Assembly: GCA_028821265.1 (NCBI GenBank)
Contig: JAPPGU010000002.1
Coordinates: forward strand, 904-64,903
DNA length: 64,000 nucleotides
Direction of reading: 5' to 3'
Source of the DNA: a bacterium
Lineage (GTDB): Bacteria; Actinomycetota; Acidimicrobiia; Spongiisociales; Spongiisociaceae
Shown here: positions 53,321 through 62,066 of the stretch, piece by piece
Position numbering within the stretch: the first letter of the stretch is position 1
How the letters are laid out: each line of letters begins with the position of its first letter
The notes under the pieces: model-generated
Told to the model about the DNA's origin: nothing
What the model saw: the letters and a program-made list of their open reading frames with translations, nothing else
Database searches by the model: none
Translations under genes and position numbers: made by a program

Positions 53321-53905
53321 ATGCTCACGAGCATCAGCCCGCTCGGCGAGCGGGCCCGGGGCAACAGCTGGTCACTCACCGTGACATGGCTCGTCATGGG
53401 AACGCTGGTCGGAGGAGCGTCTCTCGGCGCCGTCCTGGGCGCCGTCGGGCGGGCCCTCCCGGTCACCCTCGACGAGAGCTGGCGCCTGTCCGCACTGGTC
53501 CTGGCCGGATTAGCGGCTGCGGCATGGGATCTGAAGGTGCGCCGGTTCCCCATCCGCCGCCAGGTCAACGAGGACTGGCTCACTGCCTTCCGTCCCTGGG
53601 TTTATGGCTGGGGTTACGGGCTTCAACTAGGTGCTGCGGTCGTCACGGCCGTCAACACGGCGCTCGTGCCCATGTTCATGCTGGCCGCCCTGCTGACGCG
53701 TGACCCGGTGAGCGGGCTACTGGTGGGAGCGGCCTTCGGCGCAGCGCGGGGGCTAACCGTGACGCTGAACCGCCGGGTCCGCAACGCCGCGGATCTCGCC
53801 CGGCTAAGTCGCCGGCTCGACACCCTCGCGCCCAGAGCCCGGCGCCTCGGCGCTCTCGCAGCGGCCCTGCTGGCGGCTGTGTCCGCGGTCGCCCTAGTGA
53901 CCTGA
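53321..53905 (+). CDS. polytopic membrane protein, CcdA/DsbD-like topology (may extend to 53240 through an in-frame TGA)
   Basis: Five hydrophobic helices from the ATG at 53321. An upstream 23-codon in-frame segment supplies a sixth helix ending ...AGFRSTWSP-TGA. Confidence 0.6.
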   Translation: MLTSISPLGERARGNSWSLTVTWLVMGTLVGGASLGAVLGAVGRALPVTLDESWRLSALVLAGLAAAAWDLKVRRFPIRRQVNEDWLTAFRPWVYGWGYGLQLGAAVVTAVNTALVPMFMLAALLTRDPVSGLLVGAAFGAARGLTVTLNRRVRNAADLARLSRRLDTLAPRARRLGALAAALLAAVSAVALVT

Positions 53906-53909
53906 CAGC

Positions 53910-54383
53910 ATGCACCGCCTCTCCGCTTACGGGATAGGACTGGACGTGCCGACCGGCTGGGAGGCCGAACTGTCCTTGCAGGACGACGCCGAGAAGATCG
54001 AGATCGACACTGCACCACCCGGCCACGGCCTGGTCGTCCTGCATGCGGCCAACTTCTGGCTGCCGAACGAGCGTGACGACTACGGCTCGGAGGCGCTGGA
54101 GGCCATGGGTCCGGCGGGCGTCTTCATCGCGCTCGTGGAGTTCGATCGCGTCTCGGTCGGGTCCCTGCTGTTCGAGCACCACGGCATCCCGGCCGATCTG
54201 CAACCCGACGACTTCGATCCCAACGCACTCCGGCGGCCCATGCGAGAACAGGCCGGCCTCCAACGATTCTTCCACTCGGCCGGTCGGGCCTTCTGCCTCC
54301 ACGCCGCCATCGGCTCCCACAACAACCGAAGAACGCTGGCCCGCGACGTGAACAGCATCCTCTCAAACCTCACCATCGAATAG
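53910..54383 (+). CDS. hypothetical protein
   Basis: 157-aa ORF starting 5 nt after the preceding gene. No motif recognised. Confidence 0.45.
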   Translation: MHRLSAYGIGLDVPTGWEAELSLQDDAEKIEIDTAPPGHGLVVLHAANFWLPNERDDYGSEALEAMGPAGVFIALVEFDRVSVGSLLFEHHGIPADLQPDDFDPNALRRPMREQAGLQRFFHSAGRAFCLHAAIGSHNNRRTLARDVNSILSNLTIE

Positions 54384-54431
54384 GGACAAAGGCACGTTCC
54401 CACACCGCTCACAGCGGCCGATTTCCACACT

Positions 54432-55028
54432 CTATGAGATGGCCATGTCTCCTTCGGTTCCGGTGACGGTCCAGCCGTCCTCTGCTTTCGTTACCCGATA
54501 GGTGAGCCAGATCCCGCATGTGCCGCCACACCACAAGTTGACCCCGACCGTCGCGCCGGCGCCATCGAACTCGACCGGTGCCAGCGTGACGATCGCGCTT
54601 CCGGGGATGACTGGCATCAGGACCTCCTGTTGGATGAAGTCGCTCCGATTGCTGACAAACGTCACCGGCGAGAGGTCCTCAATGGCCGCCGCGATTGCGC
54701 TGCGCTGCTCGTCGGTGAGAGCGTCACCAGGCGAGCCTTCCGTCATGTAGTCCGCGGCGTCGAACACCACACGGTCTAGGACAAGAACTTCGGTGAACCG
54801 GTAGTCGGGCCCGAACGTGTTGTCGAACTCTACGATCTGCCGTGTCACCGTCGCGTAGATGGCCACCGATGCCTTAGCGCGCTCTTCTTCGGAATATGAG
54901 CCGTCTCCGCAGGCAACTGTGCTCACGACCATCAGCACGCCCATAGCGAGGCCGAGGGATCGCAAGTTTGTGCGCGCCGCACGGCGCCCTTGCGCGTTCG
55001 TCGATTCGCCCCTGCCAGCCCGGAACAT
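54432..55028 (-). CDS. hypothetical lipoprotein
   Basis: Signal peptide with lipobox VSTVAC. No recognisable domain. Confidence 0.55.
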   Translation of the reverse strand: MFRAGRGESTNAQGRRAARTNLRSLGLAMGVLMVVSTVACGDGSYSEEERAKASVAIYATVTRQIVEFDNTFGPDYRFTEVLVLDRVVFDAADYMTEGSPGDALTDEQRSAIAAAIEDLSPVTFVSNRSDFIQQEVLMPVIPGSAIVTLAPVEFDGAGATVGVNLWCGGTCGIWLTYRVTKAEDGWTVTGTEGDMAIS

Positions 55029-55366
55029 GATCTACCTCCCAACGCCCCTCACTGTGTGAGCGCCGTTCACCGCTGTTCGCAACAGCTCGTTCCCTTTAGA
55101 CGCCGGATCGACCGGGTTTGGTTCCACCCCCTGAGCCAATCGTTCGCGGCGGGGCCCAACGGTCATGGTCGCCGCCTAAACGTCTGGTAAGCAGGGCTAT
55201 TCACCGGAACTGGACGGCTGGACGAATACGGTGGTGATCTTCACGAGCGACACGGCGACACGCTGAGCGTCGCATCCGGCCCATTTGCGGATCTTCCCGA
55301 TGAGATCGGACAGCCTGAGGCGCCTCACCGTCGGCTAGTTTGGACGATCGTCAGCGGGGGTTCTGG

Positions 55367-57385
55367 ATGAGCGACGAGACGATTAACAACCACGAGGCGT
55401 TTGTCTGGTCGGTGGCCGACCTGTTGCGGGGTGTGTACAAACAGTCGGAGTACGGGCGGGTGATCCTTCCGCTCACGGTGCTCCGTCGGCTGGATTGCGT
55501 GCTGGAACCCACCAAGGACAAGGTGCTGGAGCGGGCGGCCAAGCTTCCGACTGACCTGGAGAACCGGGCGCCGATACTGATGCACGCGGCTGGGGAGTCG
55601 TTCTACAACACGTCGAAGCACACGTTCAAGACGTTGCTGGCCGATCCCGACAACGTGGCCCCGAACCTGCGCAACTACATCGCCGGGTTCTCCGAGTCGG
55701 CCCGGGACATCATCGACAAGTTCAACTTCGACACCCAGATCGACCGGTTGGACCAGCACAACCTGCTGTACCTGGTGGTGTCCCGCTTCGCCGACCTCGA
55801 TATGCGCCCGGAGGTGGTGTCGAACCTGGAGATGGGTTACATCTACGAGGAGTTGATCCGCCGCTTCTCGGAGTTGTCCAACGAGACGGCGGGTGAGCAC
55901 TTCACCCCCCGCGAGGTGATCCGCCTCATGGTGAACCTGCTCCTCGCGGACGATGACCAGTTGCTGACGGCACCGGGGATCGTCAAGACCATGCTGGACC
56001 CGGCCTGCGGCACGGGCGGAATGCTGTCCGTGTCGGAGGAGTACCTGCGCAATCTCAACCCCCAGGGCCGCCTTCACGTCTACGGCCAGGAGGTGAACGC
56101 TGAGACCTATGCCACGTGCCGGTCGGACATGCTGATCAAGGGCCTGGACGCGTCGCGGATCCGGTTCGGGAACAGCTTTGACAACGACCAACACCCCAGC
56201 CGCCGCTTCGACTACCTGCTGGCCAATCCCCCGTTCGGTGTGGAGTGGAAGATGGTCGCCAACCACATCAGAGGCGAGCACAAGACGAAGGGCTTCGCGG
56301 GTCGGTTCGGCGCCGGCCTGCCACGGATCAACGACGGCAGCTTCCTGTTCCTCCAGCACATGATCTCCAAGATGAAACGCCCCGAAGAAGGCGGCGCCCG
56401 CCTGGCGATCGTGTTCAACGGCTCCCCACTCTTCACGGGAGCGGCCGGGTCGGGCGAGTCCGAGATCCGGCGGTGGATCATCGAGAACGACTGGCTCGAA
56501 GCCGTGGTCGCCCTCCCCGACCAGCTGTTCTACAACACCGGGATCTCCACCTACTTCTGGGTAGTCACCAACCGCAAGTCCCCCAAGCGCCGCGGCAAGG
56601 TCCAGTTGATCGACGCCCGCGAGTCTTGGACCAAGATGCGCAAGAGCCTCGGCAACAAACGCAAGCAGATCAGCGACGACCAGATTGACGAGCTCACCCG
56701 TCTCTACGGCGCCTTCGAGGAAGGCCCCCGCTCCAAGATCTTCCCCAACGAGAGCTTCGGCTTTCTCCGGATCACCGTCGAACGCCCCCTCCGCCTCCGC
56801 TGGGAGATCACCCAAGACACCCTCGCCGCCGTCGCCGCCGACAAGAAAGTCACCAAACTCCTGTCCACGAGGAAGGACCTTCTGCTGGAGAAGCTCCGAC
56901 CCACTCACGGCGCCACCTACCCGACCGAAAAGGATGCGAAGGCAGCCGTCCGCGACGCGCTCGTGTCAGTCATCGGAGAGAAACCCACTCCCGTGGTCAA
57001 CGCCATCGCCACCGCACTCGCGGTGCGAGACCCTCAGGCGCCGGTCATCACCGACCGCAAGGGCAACCCCAAACCCGACCCCACCCTCCGCGACTACGAA
57101 AACGTCCCCCTACCCACCAAACGCGTCACCCACGAAACCGACACCACCAGACGGCTCAACACCACCGAGTACCAGACCGCCATCAACGACTACCTCGAAA
57201 CCGACGTCCACCCCTACGTCCCCGACGCCTGGCACGACCCCACCAAGACCAAGATCGGCTACGAAATCCCCCTCACCCGCCACTTCTACACCTACACCCC
57301 GCCCCGCCCCCTCCAAGACATCGACAAGGAAATCAAGACCCTCGAATCCGAGATCCAAGCCCTCCTCGCCGAGGTGACGAATTGA
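55367..57385 (+). CDS. hsdM: type I restriction-modification system methyltransferase subunit
   Basis: HsdM N-terminal pattern (FVWSVADLLRG...YGRVILPLTVLRRLD), SAM motif DPACGTGGML, and catalytic LLANPPFGVEW. Confidence 0.9.
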   Translation: MSDETINNHEAFVWSVADLLRGVYKQSEYGRVILPLTVLRRLDCVLEPTKDKVLERAAKLPTDLENRAPILMHAAGESFYNTSKHTFKTLLADPDNVAPNLRNYIAGFSESARDIIDKFNFDTQIDRLDQHNLLYLVVSRFADLDMRPEVVSNLEMGYIYEELIRRFSELSNETAGEHFTPREVIRLMVNLLLADDDQLLTAPGIVKTMLDPACGTGGMLSVSEEYLRNLNPQGRLHVYGQEVNAETYATCRSDMLIKGLDASRIRFGNSFDNDQHPSRRFDYLLANPPFGVEWKMVANHIRGEHKTKGFAGRFGAGLPRINDGSFLFLQHMISKMKRPEEGGARLAIVFNGSPLFTGAAGSGESEIRRWIIENDWLEAVVALPDQLFYNTGISTYFWVVTNRKSPKRRGKVQLIDARESWTKMRKSLGNKRKQISDDQIDELTRLYGAFEEGPRSKIFPNESFGFLRITVERPLRLRWEITQDTLAAVAADKKVTKLLSTRKDLLLEKLRPTHGATYPTEKDAKAAVRDALVSVIGEKPTPVVNAIATALAVRDPQAPVITDRKGNPKPDPTLRDYENVPLPTKRVTHETDTTRRLNTTEYQTAINDYLETDVHPYVPDAWHDPTKTKIGYEIPLTRHFYTYTPPRPLQDIDKEIKTLESEIQALLAEVTN

Positions 57386-58662
57386 AGGGCAGCCCGCTCA
57401 AATACTTGTTGGATCTGAACGATTCAGGGACATGGGGGAATGATCCGACCGGTGAGGGTGACACGGTCGTGCTGCGGTCGACTGACATCCGTCTGGACGG
57501 TAGCTGGCGCATCTCTGACCCCGCTGTCCGACACGTCAATAGACATGACAAGGTGAGGAAACGCTTGGCCTTTGGCGACATCGTTGTCGTCAAGTCAAGC
57601 GGTAGTCCTGAGCACCTGGGAAAGTCAGCGATCGTTACCAAGGAAGTAGCGGCTATGCGTCCCTGCTTCGCAAACTTTGTACAGCGCCTACGGCCGTCCC
57701 CGTCTACGGACAGTCGGTATATCTGGTACGTCCTGAACTCAAAATGGGCTGCCGACGAAATGGCAAGTTTGGGTAATACGACAACGGGCCTGCGGAACCT
57801 CAATGGCACGATCATAGGATCACTTAGGATCCCGGCAAGAGGCATCCATGAGCAGCGGGCGATCGCTGACTACCTCGACATCGAAACCAACCGCATCGAC
57901 ACCCTCATCGCCAAGAAACGCCGCATGATCCAACTCCTCGGTGAATACGACCGACGAACGCTCGATGATCTACTCGATGGCATCCGCCAGAACGGATTAG
58001 CACGCCTCGGGTATCTGGCCGAGGTTCGATCCGGGCTAACCCTTGGAGGAGCGAGGGCCAACTCCCGATCGCATGTGACCCTTCCTTACCTTCGTGTGGC
58101 AAACGTGCAACACGACCGGCTCGATCTCTCCGAGGTCAAGTCCGTGACTGTGGATACCACGACTGCCCGGCGAACGGCGCTTCGCCACGGCGATGTGCTC
58201 ATGACTGAAGGCGGAGACATCGACAAACTGGGACGGGGTACCGTGTGGCGAGGTGAGATCGACCCGTGCCTCCACCAGAATCATGTATTCGCGGTACGCG
58301 TACGAACGAAGAACCTACTACCTGAGTTCCTTGCCCTGCTGACAAGAACATCATATGCACGCCAATATTTCGAGAGGACCGGCGTACGTTCGACAAACCT
58401 CGCCTCTACAAGCTCTTCAAAGGTTGCCGACTTCCGAATCCCGCTTCCCAGTCGAAGCACTCAGTCACATCTGGTCTCAGTGTATCAACGCAAATGGGAG
58501 ACACTGGAACGGACACGGGTGGCGACGGGATTACAGGTAGATCTGCTCAACGAGCGTCGGCAGGCGCTGATCACGACCGCTGTCACTGGCGAGTCGCCTG
58601 TACCGGGCATGGCGGCGTGGCAGCGCTGCCTCGCTGAAGGACATGCACCCGAGGAGGGATGA
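57382..58662 (+). CDS. hsdS: type I restriction-modification system specificity subunit
   Basis: Two target-recognition halves are separated by conserved helical spacers (QRAIADYLDIETNRIDTLIAKKRRMIQLL; TGLQVDLLNERRQALITTAVTG). Its TTG start overlaps the hsdM stop. It is visibly less GC-rich. Confidence 0.85.
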   Translation: MKGSPLKYLLDLNDSGTWGNDPTGEGDTVVLRSTDIRLDGSWRISDPAVRHVNRHDKVRKRLAFGDIVVVKSSGSPEHLGKSAIVTKEVAAMRPCFANFVQRLRPSPSTDSRYIWYVLNSKWAADEMASLGNTTTGLRNLNGTIIGSLRIPARGIHEQRAIADYLDIETNRIDTLIAKKRRMIQLLGEYDRRTLDDLLDGIRQNGLARLGYLAEVRSGLTLGGARANSRSHVTLPYLRVANVQHDRLDLSEVKSVTVDTTTARRTALRHGDVLMTEGGDIDKLGRGTVWRGEIDPCLHQNHVFAVRVRTKNLLPEFLALLTRTSYARQYFERTGVRSTNLASTSSSKVADFRIPLPSRSTQSHLVSVYQRKWETLERTRVATGLQVDLLNERRQALITTAVTGESPVPGMAAWQRCLAEGHAPEEG

Positions 58663-58967
58663 TGGCCCGCCCGACGATCTACGGGTTGCGAGACAGACGG
58701 CTCAACACGATGAGCGCCGAGGAGCGAGGCAAGTTCCACGAGGCCCTCGCCGCGGCTCGCCTTGCTCTGGAGGTAGGGCAGAAGATCCGCGACGCGCGAG
58801 AGGCCGCCGAGCTGACCCAGCGCGACCTTGCCACACTCATGTCGACAAGTCAGGCCGCGGTCGCCCGCCTCGAGGCCGGCGGCACGAGCCCCACGCTCAC
58901 GACCCTCAACAAAGCCGCTGCTGCGCTCAACATGACGCTGACCGTCAACCTGGCTCGGGCGCTCTGA
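58659..58967 (+). CDS. XRE-family helix-turn-helix protein
   Basis: HTH LTQRDLATLMSTSQAAVARLEAG. The ATG overlaps the hsdS stop (ATGA), with GAGGAGGG immediately upstream. Confidence 0.75.
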   Translation: MMARPTIYGLRDRRLNTMSAEERGKFHEALAAARLALEVGQKIRDAREAAELTQRDLATLMSTSQAAVARLEAGGTSPTLTTLNKAAAALNMTLTVNLARAL

Positions 58968-59135
58968 CTCCAGCCCGACCCGACGGCCCTCTCAACTCAT
59001 GGACGCCGCATGACGAGCCTCGCCAACTGTTCGATCGCGCAGAGTTGGTGGAGCGGTCAAGCGGCCAGCCCTAGACCCGTCACGGCAAAAGCGCCGCCTG
59101 GAAGACGACACGCGAGCGCCCACGCCAGGCACCGG

Positions 59136-59330
59136 TTAGTTGAGTACGGCGATCAGGATGCCCAGTACGGTGCCGACCACTCCGAGACCGCCCAGGATCA
59201 TCCCAACCGCCCAATGCGTGCGCCGCTGCGCATCGTCCAGGATGGTGAGCAAGGCTCGGGCTATGGCGGTGTCGGTCTCGGCCTTGGCCTGGTCGAAACG
59301 GGCGTCGATGAGCGACTCGGTGCTCACCAT
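59136..59330 (-). CDS. candidate 64-aa tail-anchored membrane protein
   Basis: The ATG at 59330 is preceded by AAGGA. A helical N-terminus is followed by WAVGMILGGLGVVGTVLGILIAVLN. Confidence 0.4.
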   Translation of the reverse strand: MVSTESLIDARFDQAKAETDTAIARALLTILDDAQRRTHWAVGMILGGLGVVGTVLGILIAVLN

Positions 59331-59504
59331 CGGGTTCCTTACGGGTGGCTGACAATCCAGTATACCTAGCACTATCTAGATATGACAACCCTCAACAATC
59401 TAATGTTCATGAGCGTGATGGCTGGTACGGTCGGCGATGGTCCCCTGCGCCCACAGAGCCTAGGGATCTGCTTTCGGGCCGGTTCCCCGCGTATCAAGAA
59501 AAGA

Positions 59505-59596
59505 GAACACTGCTACGCTGTAGTGCTGAACACTGCTGTGCTACTACTCCGATAACTGCTGTGCTATCGGCCTGAACACTGCTACGCTGTGGCTAG
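59505..59596. repeat. four tandem 23-bp direct repeats (iteron-like) ending on the start codon of the ATPase gene
   Basis: The units start at 59505, 59528, 59551 and 59574. The core is GAACACTGCT(A/G)(C/T)GCT, and the first and fourth units are identical over 17 nt. Confidence 0.8.
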
Positions 59597-60849
59597 TGAA
59601 GTACATCCCCCGCCTTGTGGACGCACAACTCGCGCGAACTCGTAGCACCCATCCTGTCGTGCTGGTGACAGGCGCCAGGGGCGTGGGTAAGACCACGACG
59701 GCCCTTCGGTCGGTGAGGTCTAGCGCGTTTCTCGACGACTCGGCGACCCGCACCGTTTTCCACGACAATCCCGAGGCCGCCCTCGCCCAGTATCGGGAAC
59801 CGCTCCTGGTGGACGAGTGGCAGTTGGCCCCCGAGGTCGTGCGAGCGATCAAACGTACCGTCGACCGGGACCGAAGGCCCGGACGGTTTGTCCTCACCGG
59901 CTCACCCGACCCGCGGAGCCGGTCCGAGTTCCAGGCGCTGACCGGGCGGGCGGCGGTAGTGCGGCTCAACCCGATGACCGTGAGGGAACTGGGCGGGCGG
60001 GTTGCGGATCCGAGCCACGCCCCCATGGTCTCCGGGTTGCTGTCGGGAAACCCACCCGAAGCCCCGCCGGAGCACACTCCCGATATCTTCGGATACCTGG
60101 ACATGGCCGCGGTCGGCGGCTTCCCCGAGTGCGCCCCCGAAGGCTCCCCAGACTATTCCCAACAGTGGAGTCGGGACTGCCTGAGCGTTCTGCTGCGGCG
60201 AGATCTGCCCCTGTTCGGAACGCGGCGCTCAGCGTCCCTTTTCCGCAGATACCTCACCGCCGCCGCCCTTCACACCGCGCGCTCGCCCGAGGACGGAAGC
60301 CTGCGAAACGCCGCCCGCGTGAACCCCGGGACCCACCGGGACTACCGGCACATCCTGCTCGACATGGATATGACCGTCGAGGTGCCCGCTTTCGTCGGCG
60401 AGGATCTTCCCGCTCTCGCCAAGTCCCCGAAGATGCTGTTCAGCGACACCGGGCTGCTGATGGCGGCGATGAACGTGCCCCTGCCTCGCCTCAAGCTGAA
60501 CGGTGACCTCTACGGCCGGGTCGTCGAGACGTTCGCTCTCAACCAGATCCGCTCCGAGCTAGAGGCCCTCGGCATGCGGGACGCACTGAGCCACCTCCGC
60601 ACCCACAAAGGCGCCCGCGAAATCGACGCCGTCATCGAGACCGAGGACGGCGGCATCGTGGCAATCGAAGTCAAATCGGCCAACCGGCACCGGCCCGGCG
60701 ACATCCGCCACATCGAGTGGCTATCCGAGAAGGTAGGCGACAGGTTCAGGTTGGGGCTGGTACTAACGACCGGTCGTCACATCAGCAACATCCGAAGCGA
60801 AAAGACCGACCGAATCTGGGCCGCGCCGATCAGCATCCTCTGGCACTAG
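59596..60849 (+). CDS. AAA-type ATPase with a DUF4143-like C-terminal domain (COG1373-like)
   Basis: Walker A VTGARGVGKTT, Walker B LLVDEWQ, and a C-terminal REIDAVIE...IVAIEVK nuclease-fold-like motif. Confidence 0.75.
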   Translation: MKYIPRLVDAQLARTRSTHPVVLVTGARGVGKTTTALRSVRSSAFLDDSATRTVFHDNPEAALAQYREPLLVDEWQLAPEVVRAIKRTVDRDRRPGRFVLTGSPDPRSRSEFQALTGRAAVVRLNPMTVRELGGRVADPSHAPMVSGLLSGNPPEAPPEHTPDIFGYLDMAAVGGFPECAPEGSPDYSQQWSRDCLSVLLRRDLPLFGTRRSASLFRRYLTAAALHTARSPEDGSLRNAARVNPGTHRDYRHILLDMDMTVEVPAFVGEDLPALAKSPKMLFSDTGLLMAAMNVPLPRLKLNGDLYGRVVETFALNQIRSELEALGMRDALSHLRTHKGAREIDAVIETEDGGIVAIEVKSANRHRPGDIRHIEWLSEKVGDRFRLGLVLTTGRHISNIRSEKTDRIWAAPISILWH

Positions 60850-61078
60850 CTGGATGGTTCCTAGCCGACAATCACAGTTACGTGTCGAGACGTTCGCCCG
60901 ATGGGAGATTGTGGATGAGCCAGGCTTCCACCTCGTCCACGAATCCGGAGGTCGTTCACGGGTCAACCTCACCCTCTAACTAGGCGAACAGAGACACGCA
61001 CCGGTTTTCGGGCCAGACCAGGGGAAGTGCATGTACCCTTTGGACGAGTGCAGAAGAATTCACACAAGGAGACGTCCC

Positions 61079-61921
61079 ATGGCAAGCGCAATCGGTTCGG
61101 GCACACAACGTGTCGGCGACTACCTGGAAGTGGATCCAGGTGTAACGATCTATTACGAAGACGAGGGTGAGGGGACCCCGGTCGTTCTGGTGCCGGGGTG
61201 GACCTTTACCACCAAGGTCTTCGATCACCAGTTCGCTGCCTTCTCGGGCAGCCACCGGGTCATATCGTTCGACCCACGCAGCCAGGGTCGTTCCACGGTG
61301 ACGATGGAAGGCAACAACTATGCGACCCAGGCAGCGGATCTGGCAAAGCTGCTGGACCATCTCGACGTCGAGAACCCGGTGCTCCTGGGATGGTCGACGG
61401 GATCCATGGCCACCTGGCACTATGTCCGGGATCACGGCACCTCGGGTCTGGGCGGGCACGTGTCGGTGGACATGCCACCGATCGGCATGAGCTGTGACGA
61501 AACCGACTGGATGGAGGGCTCGATCGAGGCACTGGCCGGGGTTTTCCAGGGCGTCCAGACAGCTCAGGGACAACGCGGCGTGATCATCTGGTATGCCGAC
61601 AACCTCATGATCGAGCAGGAGAGGTCGCCCGAGTTGACCGCATGGATTGTGGAACAGTCGCTCTCCACCCCACCACTGATCGCGGGAGCTCTAATCGCTG
61701 ACGCCTGCTTCGGCAACTATCAGGGTGAGGCCGAGAGAGTGGACTCCGACATTCCTTCTCTGTTCGTCGTCGCCGAACACTGGGGAGAGACGGCCAAGCC
61801 ATATCTTGCCGAGCACTGCCCCAATTCACGGGTGGAGGTCTTTGGCGGCCACATGATGTTCTGGGAGTATCCCGAAAGGTTTAACGCCGTTCTTTCCGAG
61901 TTCCTCGCTGAAGTCGGATAG
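61079..61921 (+). CDS. alpha/beta hydrolase
   Basis: VVLVPGW, nucleophile elbow GWSTGS, and a late GGHMMF histidine. AAGGAG precedes the ATG at 61079. Confidence 0.75.
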   Translation: MASAIGSGTQRVGDYLEVDPGVTIYYEDEGEGTPVVLVPGWTFTTKVFDHQFAAFSGSHRVISFDPRSQGRSTVTMEGNNYATQAADLAKLLDHLDVENPVLLGWSTGSMATWHYVRDHGTSGLGGHVSVDMPPIGMSCDETDWMEGSIEALAGVFQGVQTAQGQRGVIIWYADNLMIEQERSPELTAWIVEQSLSTPPLIAGALIADACFGNYQGEAERVDSDIPSLFVVAEHWGETAKPYLAEHCPNSRVEVFGGHMMFWEYPERFNAVLSEFLAEVG

Positions 61922-62066
61922 TCCTCTAGGCCGAGCCGTTCAGCAACACCTCGTTCAGCTCGTCGCCGCACACCTCCCGTGCCGTGGCGGCCACCACCGC
62001 GGTTCGTGTCACCTGCTCCTCGTAAGATGCCTCGGTCATGAGGTCCTGGGAAATGGTGACTGACGG

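Noticed and set aside
55188-55265. Short frame reading GYSPELDGWTNTVVIFTSDTATR-stop, reminiscent of the sulfatase L..G..NT.VIFTSDHG motif. It might mark a gene truncated by insertion of the R-M island.
   Set aside because: Only about 20 residues of similarity, with no further sulfatase-like sequence upstream. This is too short to support a pseudogene call or an island boundary without a database comparison.
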